Assembly (NCBI GenBank): GCA_965202805.1
Contig: OZ241869.1
Span: forward strand, 2,496,001-2,560,000
Source: Longimicrobiales bacterium
GTDB lineage: Bacteria; Gemmatimonadota; Gemmatimonadetes; Longimicrobiales; Gaopeijiaceae
Direction of reading: 5' to 3'
DNA: 64,000 nucleotides
The stretch's first letter is position 1. Each line of letters starts with the position of its first letter. The translations under genes were made by a program, and so were the position numbers. This document shows positions 9,544 through 18,614 of the stretch, one piece after another. The notes below the pieces were generated by a model. That model did no database searches and had not been told where the DNA came from. It saw nothing but the letters and a program-made list of their open reading frames with translations.

Positions 9544-10500
9544 TCAGGCCGTCCTGTCCAGCGGGTTCGCGGCGAAGGCGGCGCGCAGCTTCGGGTGCTT
9601 GCGCCACAGGTAGTAGCCCATCCCGCCCGCCGCCAGCACGTTCGCGAAGGCGATCGACGTCCAGGCCAGGGGACCGAGCAGGAACTCCGCCCCGATCGCG
9701 ATGAAGCCCATGAAGGCGGCCTCGAACCCCACGAAGAGCAGGACCGCACCGAGCAGCAGGGGCGGCGCCTCCTCCGCCTGGGTCAGGACCGCCGACGCGA
9801 CCACCCCCATCACCGCGAACGCGCCAAGGTGCAGGGCGGAGTAACCCACCACCGCCCCCATGTGGATCGAGACGGCGTCGAGGTCGGTGACCCCGAGGAA
9901 CAGGGCGGAGCCCAGCGCGCTCGGCGTGAACAAGGGCTGGCCCGAGACCACGTCGAAGATCAGGAACCAGACCGCCACTACGCCCGCGCCGATCAGACCC
10001 GAAACGATCCCCTCCATCAGGATGTGCTGGCGGCGCATGATCGACCACCAGTGCACCTCCGGCGTCGCGCCCATCATGTGCAGATAGCCCACCATGGTGA
10101 CCCCGGCGATCAGGTTGCCGGTCAGGTACTCCGGCCAGCCCAGGCTCTCGACGATGTCCACCCCGGTGACCGAGACGCTCGCGAAGAACACGAGTTCGTA
10201 CAGAATGAAGCCGACGATCAGCCCCGCGAGTATGTTGGGCACCGCCCTGATCCGGCCCAGAAGCCAGGCCACCGCCACCCCGGCCAGCGCGAAGAGCACC
10301 AGGTGAATCACCGAGTAGACCGCGATGTTGCCCGGAGCCACCGAGACCGTCTCCCGGCCCAGAATGGCGGCCTCCAGGAACGCCGGAGTGCGGAAGGGCT
10401 GGCCCCGCGAGGCATCGATGGCCAGGAACCACAGCGCCATCGCAACGGCGCCGAGCATCCCCGACAGGGCCCCGGGATAGAAAAACCGCTTCACGAACAT
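9544..10500 (-). CDS. Hypothetical polytopic membrane protein with internal duplication
   Basis: Two similar halves (G..GA..A.WFL..D...GQP..TP..L; YS..H); about 8 TM; GGAGG RBS. Confidence 0.7.
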   Translation of the reverse strand: MFVKRFFYPGALSGMLGAVAMALWFLAIDASRGQPFRTPAFLEAAILGRETVSVAPGNIAVYSVIHLVLFALAGVAVAWLLGRIRAVPNILAGLIVGFILYELVFFASVSVTGVDIVESLGWPEYLTGNLIAGVTMVGYLHMMGATPEVHWWSIMRRQHILMEGIVSGLIGAGVVAVWFLIFDVVSGQPLFTPSALGSALFLGVTDLDAVSIHMGAVVGYSALHLGAFAVMGVVASAVLTQAEEAPPLLLGAVLLFVGFEAAFMGFIAIGAEFLLGPLAWTSIAFANVLAAGGMGYYLWRKHPKLRAAFAANPLDRTA

Positions 10501-10780
10501 GGACCGCCTCCTTCAGTTGGGCCGGAGGGAACCGGCGTCCCCGAACGCGCGACATAGCCCATGGCTATCCGTGAGGTTGGGCCCGGACGCCCCGGTGCCG
10601 CAAGTGTGGCCAGGGCCGGGTGAGTCACTGGAACTGCAATTGTCGGCGCGCGGGATTGCGGGAGAGTCCACGAGCGAGAAAGCCCTGACCGCCGCATCGG
10701 GCACGGTCAGGGCTTTGCCCAGCTGTTGGAGAGAGGGCGGCCCGGCTCGCTTCGGCCGGCGGCCCCTGGCGGTCAGCCGA

Positions 10781-11047
10781 TCAGAACTCCGTCAGCACGG
10801 CGATCACCAGGATCACCGCCAGCGGCAGCGGGCTCGCGGCCAGGATCCACAGCCGTTTGGGCTCGAACTTCAGGTGCATGTAGTAGAGCGCCACCAGCAG
10901 GGCCTTCCAGAGCGCCATGAGGATCAGACCCGTGGCGAGCAGCCACTGCGGGAGGGCGAGAAACGCGTACCCCACCTCGGCCATCGTCAGAACGAAAAGT
11001 ATGAACCAGATCAGGAAGTATCTGGGTTCTTGCCCGTTGCCTGCCAT
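10781..11047 (-). CDS. ctaF: Cytochrome c oxidase subunit IV
   Basis: KALLVALYYMHLKFE motif; downstream of subunit III. Confidence 0.85.
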   Translation of the reverse strand: MAGNGQEPRYFLIWFILFVLTMAEVGYAFLALPQWLLATGLILMALWKALLVALYYMHLKFEPKRLWILAASPLPLAVILVIAVLTEF

Positions 11048-11090
11048 CCGGGTGTCTCCTTGGTTTCCAGGCGGCGGTCCGCCCCGATGA

Positions 11091-11726
11091 TCAGATCAGG
11101 TAAACGATGGTGAACAGGATGATCCAGACCAGATCGACGAAGTGCCAGTAGAGACCCATGATCTCCACCGCCCCGTAGTTGTCCGCCGAGTACTTGCCCT
11201 GCCACGCGCGGTAGAGCACGAACCACATGCACAGAATCCCGATCGTGACGTGGGTGCCGTGGAATCCCGTCATCGTATAGAAGGTGGCTCCGTACAGGGC
11301 GGCTCCCTCGATCTCGTGCGCCACGCCGTACAGCTCCACCATGGGCACGAAGCCCTCCTGCGCCAGCAGGATGTACTCGACCACCTGAACCCCGACAAAG
11401 AAGGTGCCGAGCAGGATCGTCACCAGGAGCCAGAATCTGAGCCCCTTCTGATCGCCCTGCGTGATCGCGGCGTAGGCCTTGACCATCGACACGCTCGAGC
11501 AAATCAGCACGAACGTGTTGAAGGCCGTGAGCGGCACGTTCAGCACCGCACCGGGCTCGGCGAAATGATCCGGGTGGGCGAATCGCAGGATGATGTAGGA
11601 CCCGATCAGGGCCGTGAAGAACATCACTTCCGACAGCAGGAAGATCCACATTCCCAGCTTTACGTTGTAGACCATCATCCCGGGCATGGGATGCCGGTCG
11701 GCTGTCGATGCGGCTGGTTGGCTCAT
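11091..11726 (-). CDS. ctaE: Heme-copper oxidase subunit III (short form)
   Basis: GMWIFLLSEVMFF, TGFHGTHV, GLYWHFVDLVW. Confidence 0.92.
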   Translation of the reverse strand: MSQPAASTADRHPMPGMMVYNVKLGMWIFLLSEVMFFTALIGSYIILRFAHPDHFAEPGAVLNVPLTAFNTFVLICSSVSMVKAYAAITQGDQKGLRFWLLVTILLGTFFVGVQVVEYILLAQEGFVPMVELYGVAHEIEGAALYGATFYTMTGFHGTHVTIGILCMWFVLYRAWQGKYSADNYGAVEIMGLYWHFVDLVWIILFTIVYLI

Positions 11727-11803
11727 GCGTCAGCTATCTCCTGAAGTTCCAGATCACTGGAGGGAATGCGGTTCGGCCGGCGAAACGAAGACGGGCATCG
11801 GGT

Positions 11804-13564
11804 CTAGTCCGCTACCGGCTGGGGTTCGAGCGCGGGCGCAGCGGTCTCGCTGGGCGGCGGAGTATCCTGCAACCAGTAGTCCTCTTCCACGTCGGGCGCG
11901 GAGTACTCGTACGGCCCGCGGTAGACGATGGGCACCAGCTCGAAGTTTCCGTGCGGCGGCGGCGACGGCACCGTCCACTCCAGGGAGTTGGCCTTCCACG
12001 GGTTGTTGCCGGCCTTTTTCCCCTTCCAGATGCTGATGATGAAGTTGAGGGCGTAGATCGCCTGAACCGCCACCAGCGCGAAGACGGCCATCGTGATGAA
12101 CTCGTTGATGGGCTGCAGGGGCTGCAGGAACTCGTACTGCGTGGGGTCGTAGATGCGCCGCATGTGACCCTGGATCCCGATCGAGTGCATGGGCCAGAAC
12201 ACGATGTTGTAGAGGATCATGGTCAGCCAGAAGTGGATCTTGCCCCACTTCTCGCTCATGAGCCGGCCGAACATCTTCGGATACCAGAACGTGACGCCGG
12301 CGAAGATCGCGAACAGGCTGCCGCCGAAGAGCACGTAGTGGATGTGCGCCACGATGAAGTAGGTGTCGTGGATGTAGACGTCGACCGGGGTCGAGGCCAT
12401 GAACACGCCCGAGAGCCCGCCGATGATGAACATCGACACGAAGCCCAGTGCGTGCAGCATGGGGGTGTGCAGGTGGATGTTCCCCTTGTAGATGGTCCCC
12501 AGCCAGTTGAACACCTTGATGGCGGACGGGACCGCGATGACCATGGTCGTGATCATGAAGGTGGTGCCGAGCATCGGGTTCATCCCGCTCTGGAACATGT
12601 GGTGCCCCCACACGATCCACGACAGGAAGGCGATGGAGACGATCGCCAGCACCATGGCGTGGTAGCCGAAGACCGGCTTGCGCGCGCCGTTGGCCAGCAC
12701 GTCCGAGGTGATGCCCATGGCGGGCAGGATGAGGATGTAGACCTCCGGGTGCCCGAAGAACCAGAACAGGTGCTGCCAGAGGAGCGGCTCGCCGTCGCTG
12801 GCCGGCAGGAAGAACCCGGTCCCGATGGTCTGGTCGAAGAGCAGCATGATCAGCGCGCCCGCCAGAATCGGGATCGCCAGCAGGATCAGGATCGCGGTGA
12901 TGAAGAGCGCCCAGGTGGCCAGCGGCATCCGGAACCAGGTCATCCCGGGCGCGCGCATGTTGATGATGGTCGTGATGTAGTTGACCGCGCCCGCCAGTGA
13001 CGCGAAGCCCAGGATGGTGAGGCTGATCAGCCAGAGCTGCTGCCCGAGGTAGACGCCGGTGTATTCCCCGCTTGCGCTGAGCGGGGCGTAGGACGTCCAG
13101 CCGGCTCCGGCCGCGCCTCCCTCGACCGCGAAGCTCGCGAGCATCAGCAGCCCGGCCGGGAACGCCATCCAGAACGACGCCATGTTGAGGCGCGGGAAGG
13201 CCATGTCGTCGGCACCGATCTGAAGCGGGATCAGCAGGTTGCCGAAGACCCCCACCAGCAGCGGCATGATCGCGAAGAAGATCATGATGGTGCCGTGCAT
13301 GGTGACCAGCGAGTTGTAGAACTCGGGCAGCATGATGGCGCCGGCGGGCGTGGGCGCCATCATCTCGTCGGGCAGGAGCATGCCTCCGGGCATGGGCTCG
13401 CTCGGGAAGCCCAGTTGCCACCGGATCATCATCGCCAGCAATCCCCCTACGACGAGGAAGAACAGGCTCATCAGGAGGAACTGGATGGCGATGATCTTGT
13501 GGTCGGTCGAGAAGACGTAACGCCGAATCCACGGCATCTCGTGGGCGTGCGCGTGCGCGTCCAT
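11804..13564 (-). CDS. ctaD: Cytochrome c oxidase subunit I, A1 type
   Basis: STDHK, TMHG, GHPEVY, WGHH, AHIHY motifs. Confidence 0.95.
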   Translation of the reverse strand: MDAHAHAHEMPWIRRYVFSTDHKIIAIQFLLMSLFFLVVGGLLAMMIRWQLGFPSEPMPGGMLLPDEMMAPTPAGAIMLPEFYNSLVTMHGTIMIFFAIMPLLVGVFGNLLIPLQIGADDMAFPRLNMASFWMAFPAGLLMLASFAVEGGAAGAGWTSYAPLSASGEYTGVYLGQQLWLISLTILGFASLAGAVNYITTIINMRAPGMTWFRMPLATWALFITAILILLAIPILAGALIMLLFDQTIGTGFFLPASDGEPLLWQHLFWFFGHPEVYILILPAMGITSDVLANGARKPVFGYHAMVLAIVSIAFLSWIVWGHHMFQSGMNPMLGTTFMITTMVIAVPSAIKVFNWLGTIYKGNIHLHTPMLHALGFVSMFIIGGLSGVFMASTPVDVYIHDTYFIVAHIHYVLFGGSLFAIFAGVTFWYPKMFGRLMSEKWGKIHFWLTMILYNIVFWPMHSIGIQGHMRRIYDPTQYEFLQPLQPINEFITMAVFALVAVQAIYALNFIISIWKGKKAGNNPWKANSLEWTVPSPPPHGNFELVPIVYRGPYEYSAPDVEEDYWLQDTPPPSETAAPALEPQPVAD

Positions 13565-14266
13565 CTACTGGTCCTCCTGATCGTCAGCGTCGTCGGCGTC
13601 GTCGGCGTCCGCGCTCCGGGAGGCGACCCACGCCTGGAAGTCGGCATCCTCGTACACGTTGAGTGTCCCGCCCATGGTCGTATGCAGGTTTCCGCACAGC
13701 TCCGCGCATCCGATGGGATACGCGCCCGCGGTGGTCGCTTCGAACCAGACGGTGATGTCCATCCCCGGCACGGCATCCTGCTTCACCCGCATCTCGGGCA
13801 GGAAGAACGAGTGCAGCACGTCCTCGGACCGGAGGGTGATGTTGACCGCCTGGTTCACCGGGACATGCATGATGTTGATCGTCGAGATGTCGTCGGCGGT
13901 GCCGGTGACCCCGTCCGTGCCGGCGTAGGTGATCTCCCACTCGAACTGCTTCGCGTTGACGATGTAGTCGAGGGCGTCGGCGGGCACGCTGTCCGGATTC
14001 TTCATCTGGTTCCACGACGGAATGCTGATGAAGGCCAGCCCCAGAACGGCGATGAAGGGGACGGTGGTCCAGACGATCTCCGCCTTCGTCGACCCGTGGA
14101 TGTAGGTGGCCTTCCGCCCTTCGCGGCGCCGGTAGCGGATGACGAAATAGACCAGGAGCGCCTCGGTGACCACGAAAACGATTCCCGTGACCACGAGGAT
14201 CGCATAGTAGAGGAAGTCGACGTCCGGCCCAAAGGTGGAATAACTGTCGGGGAGGAGCCAGCTCAT
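13565..14266 (-). CDS. ctaC: Cytochrome c oxidase subunit II (CuA)
   Basis: DVLHSF...CAELCGNLHTTM CuA ligands; two N-terminal TM; no fused heme c. Confidence 0.93.
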   Translation of the reverse strand: MSWLLPDSYSTFGPDVDFLYYAILVVTGIVFVVTEALLVYFVIRYRRREGRKATYIHGSTKAEIVWTTVPFIAVLGLAFISIPSWNQMKNPDSVPADALDYIVNAKQFEWEITYAGTDGVTGTADDISTINIMHVPVNQAVNITLRSEDVLHSFFLPEMRVKQDAVPGMDITVWFEATTAGAYPIGCAELCGNLHTTMGGTLNVYEDADFQAWVASRSADADDADDADDQEDQ

Positions 14267-14380
14267 GTTGGTGTTCTCCTGCTCGCTGCCGGGGATGATT
14301 CCGTGCGGGCTGGATGCCCGGTCGCGTACCGGACCGGCGCCCCAGCGGGGAGGCGCCGGCCCGTCCTCGGCGCTTCGTGT

Positions 14381-15259
14381 CTAATGGGTCGCGGGAGCGA
14401 GGGCGTGGGCTCCGGCACCGTGGGGATCGATCGGCTCGCCCATCGGCACCACGGCGTTCGCCGCCATCGCCTCCGAGAAGGAGAAGCTCACCATTGCGGT
14501 CTCGCCGGTGGTGACGGTGACGCTGGCGGTCTGCGTTCCGTAGCGCTCGTGCCATGCCTCGACCACGTACTCACCGGGCGGGAGCATGCCCAGGTCGGCG
14601 CCTCCCTCCATGTCCGTGACCCCGTGGAAGGGGTGGTCCAGCACGCCCACGTAGGCGCCCATCCAGCCATGCACGTCACAGCGCACCGGGACCATCACCT
14701 CCGCCAGCGGGAAGTTGCGGTTGGTGTCCATGTTCACCGGCTGGCTGATGTTGAAGCCGCGGTTTTCGCTGGGCGAGGCGTTGATGTTGTGGGGCAGGCC
14801 GTCCGAGTTGCGGAAGGTGAGGTCCTGTCCCGCCTGCACGCCCACGACCCTGGGCACGTAGCGGCAGCCGACCTGGTCCATGACCACCGCGCCGCCGGGC
14901 GTGGGGAAGCTCATGCCCGCGTCGAGGCCTTCCCGGACGTAGACGAAGACGTTGGCGAGGCCGCCGCCGTCGCCCACCACGACCTCCTCGGTCATCGGGG
15001 TGTCGGTGTACCGCGCCGCGCAATCCGGCTCGGACGCCATGTCGATCGCATCCATTTCGGGCGCCATGCCCTCGAACATCACCATCGCGTTGATGCCGCC
15101 CGCCGTGGCCATGTCGACGGGAGAGGCCATCTCCTCGCCGGCGGCCTCTTCCTCCATGCCGCCGCCGGCCTCACCTCCGCCGCCGCCACCGCACGCGATC
15201 GCGAATACCGCCGCCGTCGCCATCACCATGGCCCGGCCGCATCCAAACAGGTCTCTCAT
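14381..15259 (-). CDS. Lipoprotein with cupredoxin-like and carboxypeptidase-regulatory-like domains
   Basis: Lipobox AIAC; DQ.GC.Y.P, N.D..PHN, CDVHGWM, AWHE motifs. Confidence 0.7.
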   Translation of the reverse strand: MRDLFGCGRAMVMATAAVFAIACGGGGGGEAGGGMEEEAAGEEMASPVDMATAGGINAMVMFEGMAPEMDAIDMASEPDCAARYTDTPMTEEVVVGDGGGLANVFVYVREGLDAGMSFPTPGGAVVMDQVGCRYVPRVVGVQAGQDLTFRNSDGLPHNINASPSENRGFNISQPVNMDTNRNFPLAEVMVPVRCDVHGWMGAYVGVLDHPFHGVTDMEGGADLGMLPPGEYVVEAWHERYGTQTASVTVTTGETAMVSFSFSEAMAANAVVPMGEPIDPHGAGAHALAPATH

Positions 15260-15293
15260 TCCTTCCTCCGTGGTGCTATTTGAACTTCGATGT

Positions 15294-16964
15294 CTACGCG
15301 TCGCCTTCATCCGGGCCCTCGGCGCCTTCCCGCTCGCGCTTCTGCGCCCGGGCCACCACCAGGACGCCCAGCCCGGCGGTGAGCAGCGTCGCGATCAGCG
15401 GCGCGACCACCACGGTGGCTGGCGTCGGTTCCTGCAGGAAAATGTAATGCCATGAACTGATCGAGCCCCTGGTCCCGGATTCGCCGTTGTCGCCGTCCCA
15501 GGCGGCGAAGCCGACGGGCACCGGTTCGCCCACGCGGAACTGCAGATCACCCGGATCCTCGGTCTCAAGAGCGCGGCGGAACATAACAGCCCAGCGTCCC
15601 GCCGAAAACGCCGCCTCCGATACGAGCGACTGGCTGGCGTCGCCCTGAGGGGCCATGGTGCCCAGCCCGCGGGCGTCCCCCTCCTGCGCGGCGCCCGCCG
15701 TGCTCTCCCAGTTCCACAGGTACACCGGGTTGAGGGGATCCCCCATGAGGAAGTAGGGCTTGTCCATTCCCTCGGGGATTTCCATGGGGAACTGAACGTA
15801 CAGGGCGTCGGGTCTCGGACCCGGTTCCATGTCGCCCTCGTCGGGTCCCACCACCTCGAGAATCCGGGCCTGGAAGTCGGCCCAGGCGGTGTCGGGGCTC
15901 TCGGAGTGGTCGCTCCAGGAGACGTGCACCGCGAGTTCGCCGCCGTCGTGCAGGGCGCGCACCCACAGCCCGCTCACCTGCGGGACGAACCAGCGCGGGC
16001 TCTCGATGATCTGTCCGCCCATGGGAATGTAGAACGCCTCCGCGGACTCCCACATCGGGTCGTCCACACCCTGCGGCAGGGGCGCATCCTCCACCAGACC
16101 GGCCCGGATCACCTCGGTGATGCCCGGCGGGTCCTCGGGCGCGAAGCTGCGCACGTAGTGGGAGAGGTTCCACAACTGTTCGTCGGTGATGACGCCGGCG
16201 TCGATGAGGTCGGTGAACGACGGCATCGGCGTCCCGTCCAGGCCGGTGCGCAGCCGCTGGTAGATGTCCTCCACCGTGCCGCCGCCGTTGAAGAACCAGT
16301 TCTCGGTCAGGTCCACCGAGTAGATCGGCATGCCGGTGTCGTCCACCAGCGTCGGCGACGAGGTGCCGTCGCCCCGTCCATCGGCGCCGTGGCAGCGGTT
16401 GCACTCGATGAGCTCGTAAACCTGCTGTCCGTCTGCGAGGGCTTCCTCGGTCGCCCGGGTCGGGCTGCTGAAGGTCATGGGCTCAGGGGCCTCGCCGGCG
16501 GCGAAGAAGCGCGAAAAACTCTTCAGGTAGTCGACGAGCGCCAGTCGCTCTTCGAGGCTGAGCTCTTCCTCCCATCCGGGCATCGTCGTGCCCGGCATGC
16601 CTTCGTTGATGACGCGCATGATGTCGTCGTCGGTGGGAAGCTGCCCGCTCGCCGTGGTGCGGATCTGGTAGAGCGCCTGGGTGAAGTCGCGCGGGCGCGG
16701 CAGCATGTACTCCGCCGCGTAGCCGTCGCCGAGACCTTCGTACCCGTGGCAGGACGCGCACCAGCGGTCGTAGACGTCCCGCCCGAGCGCGTTCTCTTCC
16801 TGGGCGTCCTGCGCGATCAGGGGCACCGGGCCGGCGCACACGATCGCCGCGACGAGAACGCTCGCCGCCGCCATCCCGAACGCAGCCCGGGTACGGACCC
16901 TCCGGGCGCGTCGCCGGGTGCCGCGTCCGTCTCTCTCCGCCGTTTCCATCGCCCGCGCCCGCAT
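15294..16964 (-). CDS. Diheme cytochrome c fused to an ethylbenzene-dehydrogenase gamma (EbdC/NxrC-like) domain, with C-terminal TM anchor
   Basis: CASCH and CNRCH; then W.D...DA..VQFP..KPYFLMGD..PV.LW.W...W.V.F.R.L...FA.WDG...S.W; TGATG coupling with upstream gene. Confidence 0.75.
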   Translation of the reverse strand: MRARAMETAERDGRGTRRRARRVRTRAAFGMAAASVLVAAIVCAGPVPLIAQDAQEENALGRDVYDRWCASCHGYEGLGDGYAAEYMLPRPRDFTQALYQIRTTASGQLPTDDDIMRVINEGMPGTTMPGWEEELSLEERLALVDYLKSFSRFFAAGEAPEPMTFSSPTRATEEALADGQQVYELIECNRCHGADGRGDGTSSPTLVDDTGMPIYSVDLTENWFFNGGGTVEDIYQRLRTGLDGTPMPSFTDLIDAGVITDEQLWNLSHYVRSFAPEDPPGITEVIRAGLVEDAPLPQGVDDPMWESAEAFYIPMGGQIIESPRWFVPQVSGLWVRALHDGGELAVHVSWSDHSESPDTAWADFQARILEVVGPDEGDMEPGPRPDALYVQFPMEIPEGMDKPYFLMGDPLNPVYLWNWESTAGAAQEGDARGLGTMAPQGDASQSLVSEAAFSAGRWAVMFRRALETEDPGDLQFRVGEPVPVGFAAWDGDNGESGTRGSISSWHYIFLQEPTPATVVVAPLIATLLTAGLGVLVVARAQKREREGAEGPDEGDA

Positions 16965-17767
16965 CAGTGCTCCTCCCCTTCGGCGCCCTCTTCCTCCCAG
17001 GTGCGCGGCTCCCAGCCGGTCTGCTCGTAGAGATAGATGATCACCTGCCAGATCTCCTCGGCGGTAAGCAGGTCCTCCCAGGCGGGCATCGCCGAGTCCC
17101 AGGGCGTGGCCTCGCGGGGCAGCCCGGGACCACCCTTCGCGATGCGCCAGAAGACGAAGCTCTCCGTAAGCTGAACGATGGTGCCCGGATCCTGGAAGCT
17201 GAGCGGCGCGGGGTTGAAGGCGCTCGCGAAGTGTCCCTGCCCGTCCAGGGCGTCGCCATGGCAGGCCATGCAGTTCTGGACGTAGACGCGCTTGCCTTCC
17301 TCGTAATGCTCGTTGAAGTCGCCCTCGTGCCGGAGCGGGTTCTCGAGCCCATCCAGGACCATGGTCTCTCCCCGGAAGTCGATCTGACCCGGGGGCGCCG
17401 GATGCACCGAGCGCAGCGCGGCGGGTGCCGACACCGTGGGCCGTACCCTGTCGAAGGTCATGAAGGCTACCAGCAGGGGAATGGTGACCATGAGCGCCGT
17501 GCGCAGAACCTTCTGGCGCGGATCGACCATGACCCGGTGGATCGGGGCCTTGAACTGCTTCCAGCGCTCCTCGGAGTCGCTGACCCAGATCAGGACGCCC
17601 ACCACCACCGTTCCCATGTATTGCAGAACCACGGTGGCGGGGACCGGGGCGCTGGCGACCCCGAACAGGGGCGGCAGGAGCCAGATTCCCCATTCGAAGA
17701 GGAGGTACGCCAGCACGACGACGATGGCCGCCTGGCCCAGCGGATGCTTCCAGGGCTTGGTGTTCAT
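16964..17767 (-). CDS. Membrane-anchored monoheme cytochrome c
   Basis: Three N-terminal TM; CMACH; distal SAMPAW. Confidence 0.85.
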   Translation of the reverse strand: MNTKPWKHPLGQAAIVVVLAYLLFEWGIWLLPPLFGVASAPVPATVVLQYMGTVVVGVLIWVSDSEERWKQFKAPIHRVMVDPRQKVLRTALMVTIPLLVAFMTFDRVRPTVSAPAALRSVHPAPPGQIDFRGETMVLDGLENPLRHEGDFNEHYEEGKRVYVQNCMACHGDALDGQGHFASAFNPAPLSFQDPGTIVQLTESFVFWRIAKGGPGLPREATPWDSAMPAWEDLLTAEEIWQVIIYLYEQTGWEPRTWEEEGAEGEEH

Positions 17768-17795
17768 CGATTCTCCTCCCTCACCGGCGCCTCTC

Positions 17796-18605
17796 CTATC
17801 TCTGCGATGCGAGGAATTGCACGATCGCCTCGAGTTGGCCGGCGGTCAGCATGTCACCGAAGGTCGCCGGCATGGTCCCGGCAAAGGTCTCGTATCCCTC
17901 GGTGATCTCGGCATTCGGATCCAGGATCGATGTACGAATCTCGTCGGCCGTCATGCGCGATCCTATCCCGTCGAAGGGAGGGGCGAGCCGCACGGGCATC
18001 TCCATGGCGGCGGGCAGATGGCACGCCGTGCAGGTATTGACCTGCAACAGCATCTCCGGATCAAGGGTCGCGCCCCCGGCGCCCGGGGCGGCTGGCGTCA
18101 CCGCAGCCAGGCCGGCGGCAGGCGCGGCGTCACCGCCGTCCGCGAAGTCCGCCCCGGTAACCGTCACCACCCCTCCCATGGACTGCAGGTAGGCGACCAG
18201 CGCCCAGATCTGCACGGAGGAGAGGGTGCGGCTGGCGTCCAGCATGATCGGCGCGAACCCTTCGACCAGGTAGGCGTTGGGGTCCACCATCGACGTATGC
18301 AGGTACTGCTTGCAGTCCTCGCCCGGCACGCGGTTCGCGCAGCGTTGGCCGATGAGCCCGGTGCCCGCGTGGTCGGTGAGCAGGTTCGGGGCGCGCTCGC
18401 CCAGACCGTGGCAGGCCGTGCAGCCGCCCCCGCCGTTGTACAGTTCCTCGCCCGCCGCGACGAGTTCCTCGGGGCTGACGTCGTCCGACAATACCAGGTC
18501 CTCGGGCACGTCCGACTGGATCTGCGGAATGGCGTTGGCGACCCAGGTGAACACGCCCAGGCAGCCGATCACCACCGCCAGGATACTCAGGTTGGTCTTT
18601 AGCAT
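17796..18605 (-). CDS. Membrane-anchored diheme cytochrome c
   Basis: N-terminal TM; CTACH twice, each followed by S..DPNA..(E)G..MP/ML. Confidence 0.85.
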   Translation of the reverse strand: MLKTNLSILAVVIGCLGVFTWVANAIPQIQSDVPEDLVLSDDVSPEELVAAGEELYNGGGGCTACHGLGERAPNLLTDHAGTGLIGQRCANRVPGEDCKQYLHTSMVDPNAYLVEGFAPIMLDASRTLSSVQIWALVAYLQSMGGVVTVTGADFADGGDAAPAAGLAAVTPAAPGAGGATLDPEMLLQVNTCTACHLPAAMEMPVRLAPPFDGIGSRMTADEIRTSILDPNAEITEGYETFAGTMPATFGDMLTAGQLEAIVQFLASQR

Positions 18606-18614
18606 CTGCCTCCC

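Noticed and set aside
10628..10645. TGGAAC-N5-TTGT sigma54-like motif
   Set aside because: Imperfect and on the opposite strand to the flanking genes
15294..16964. Evidence for nitrite oxidation (NXR)
   Set aside because: Only a gamma-like domain; no nxrA/nxrB-type genes in the window
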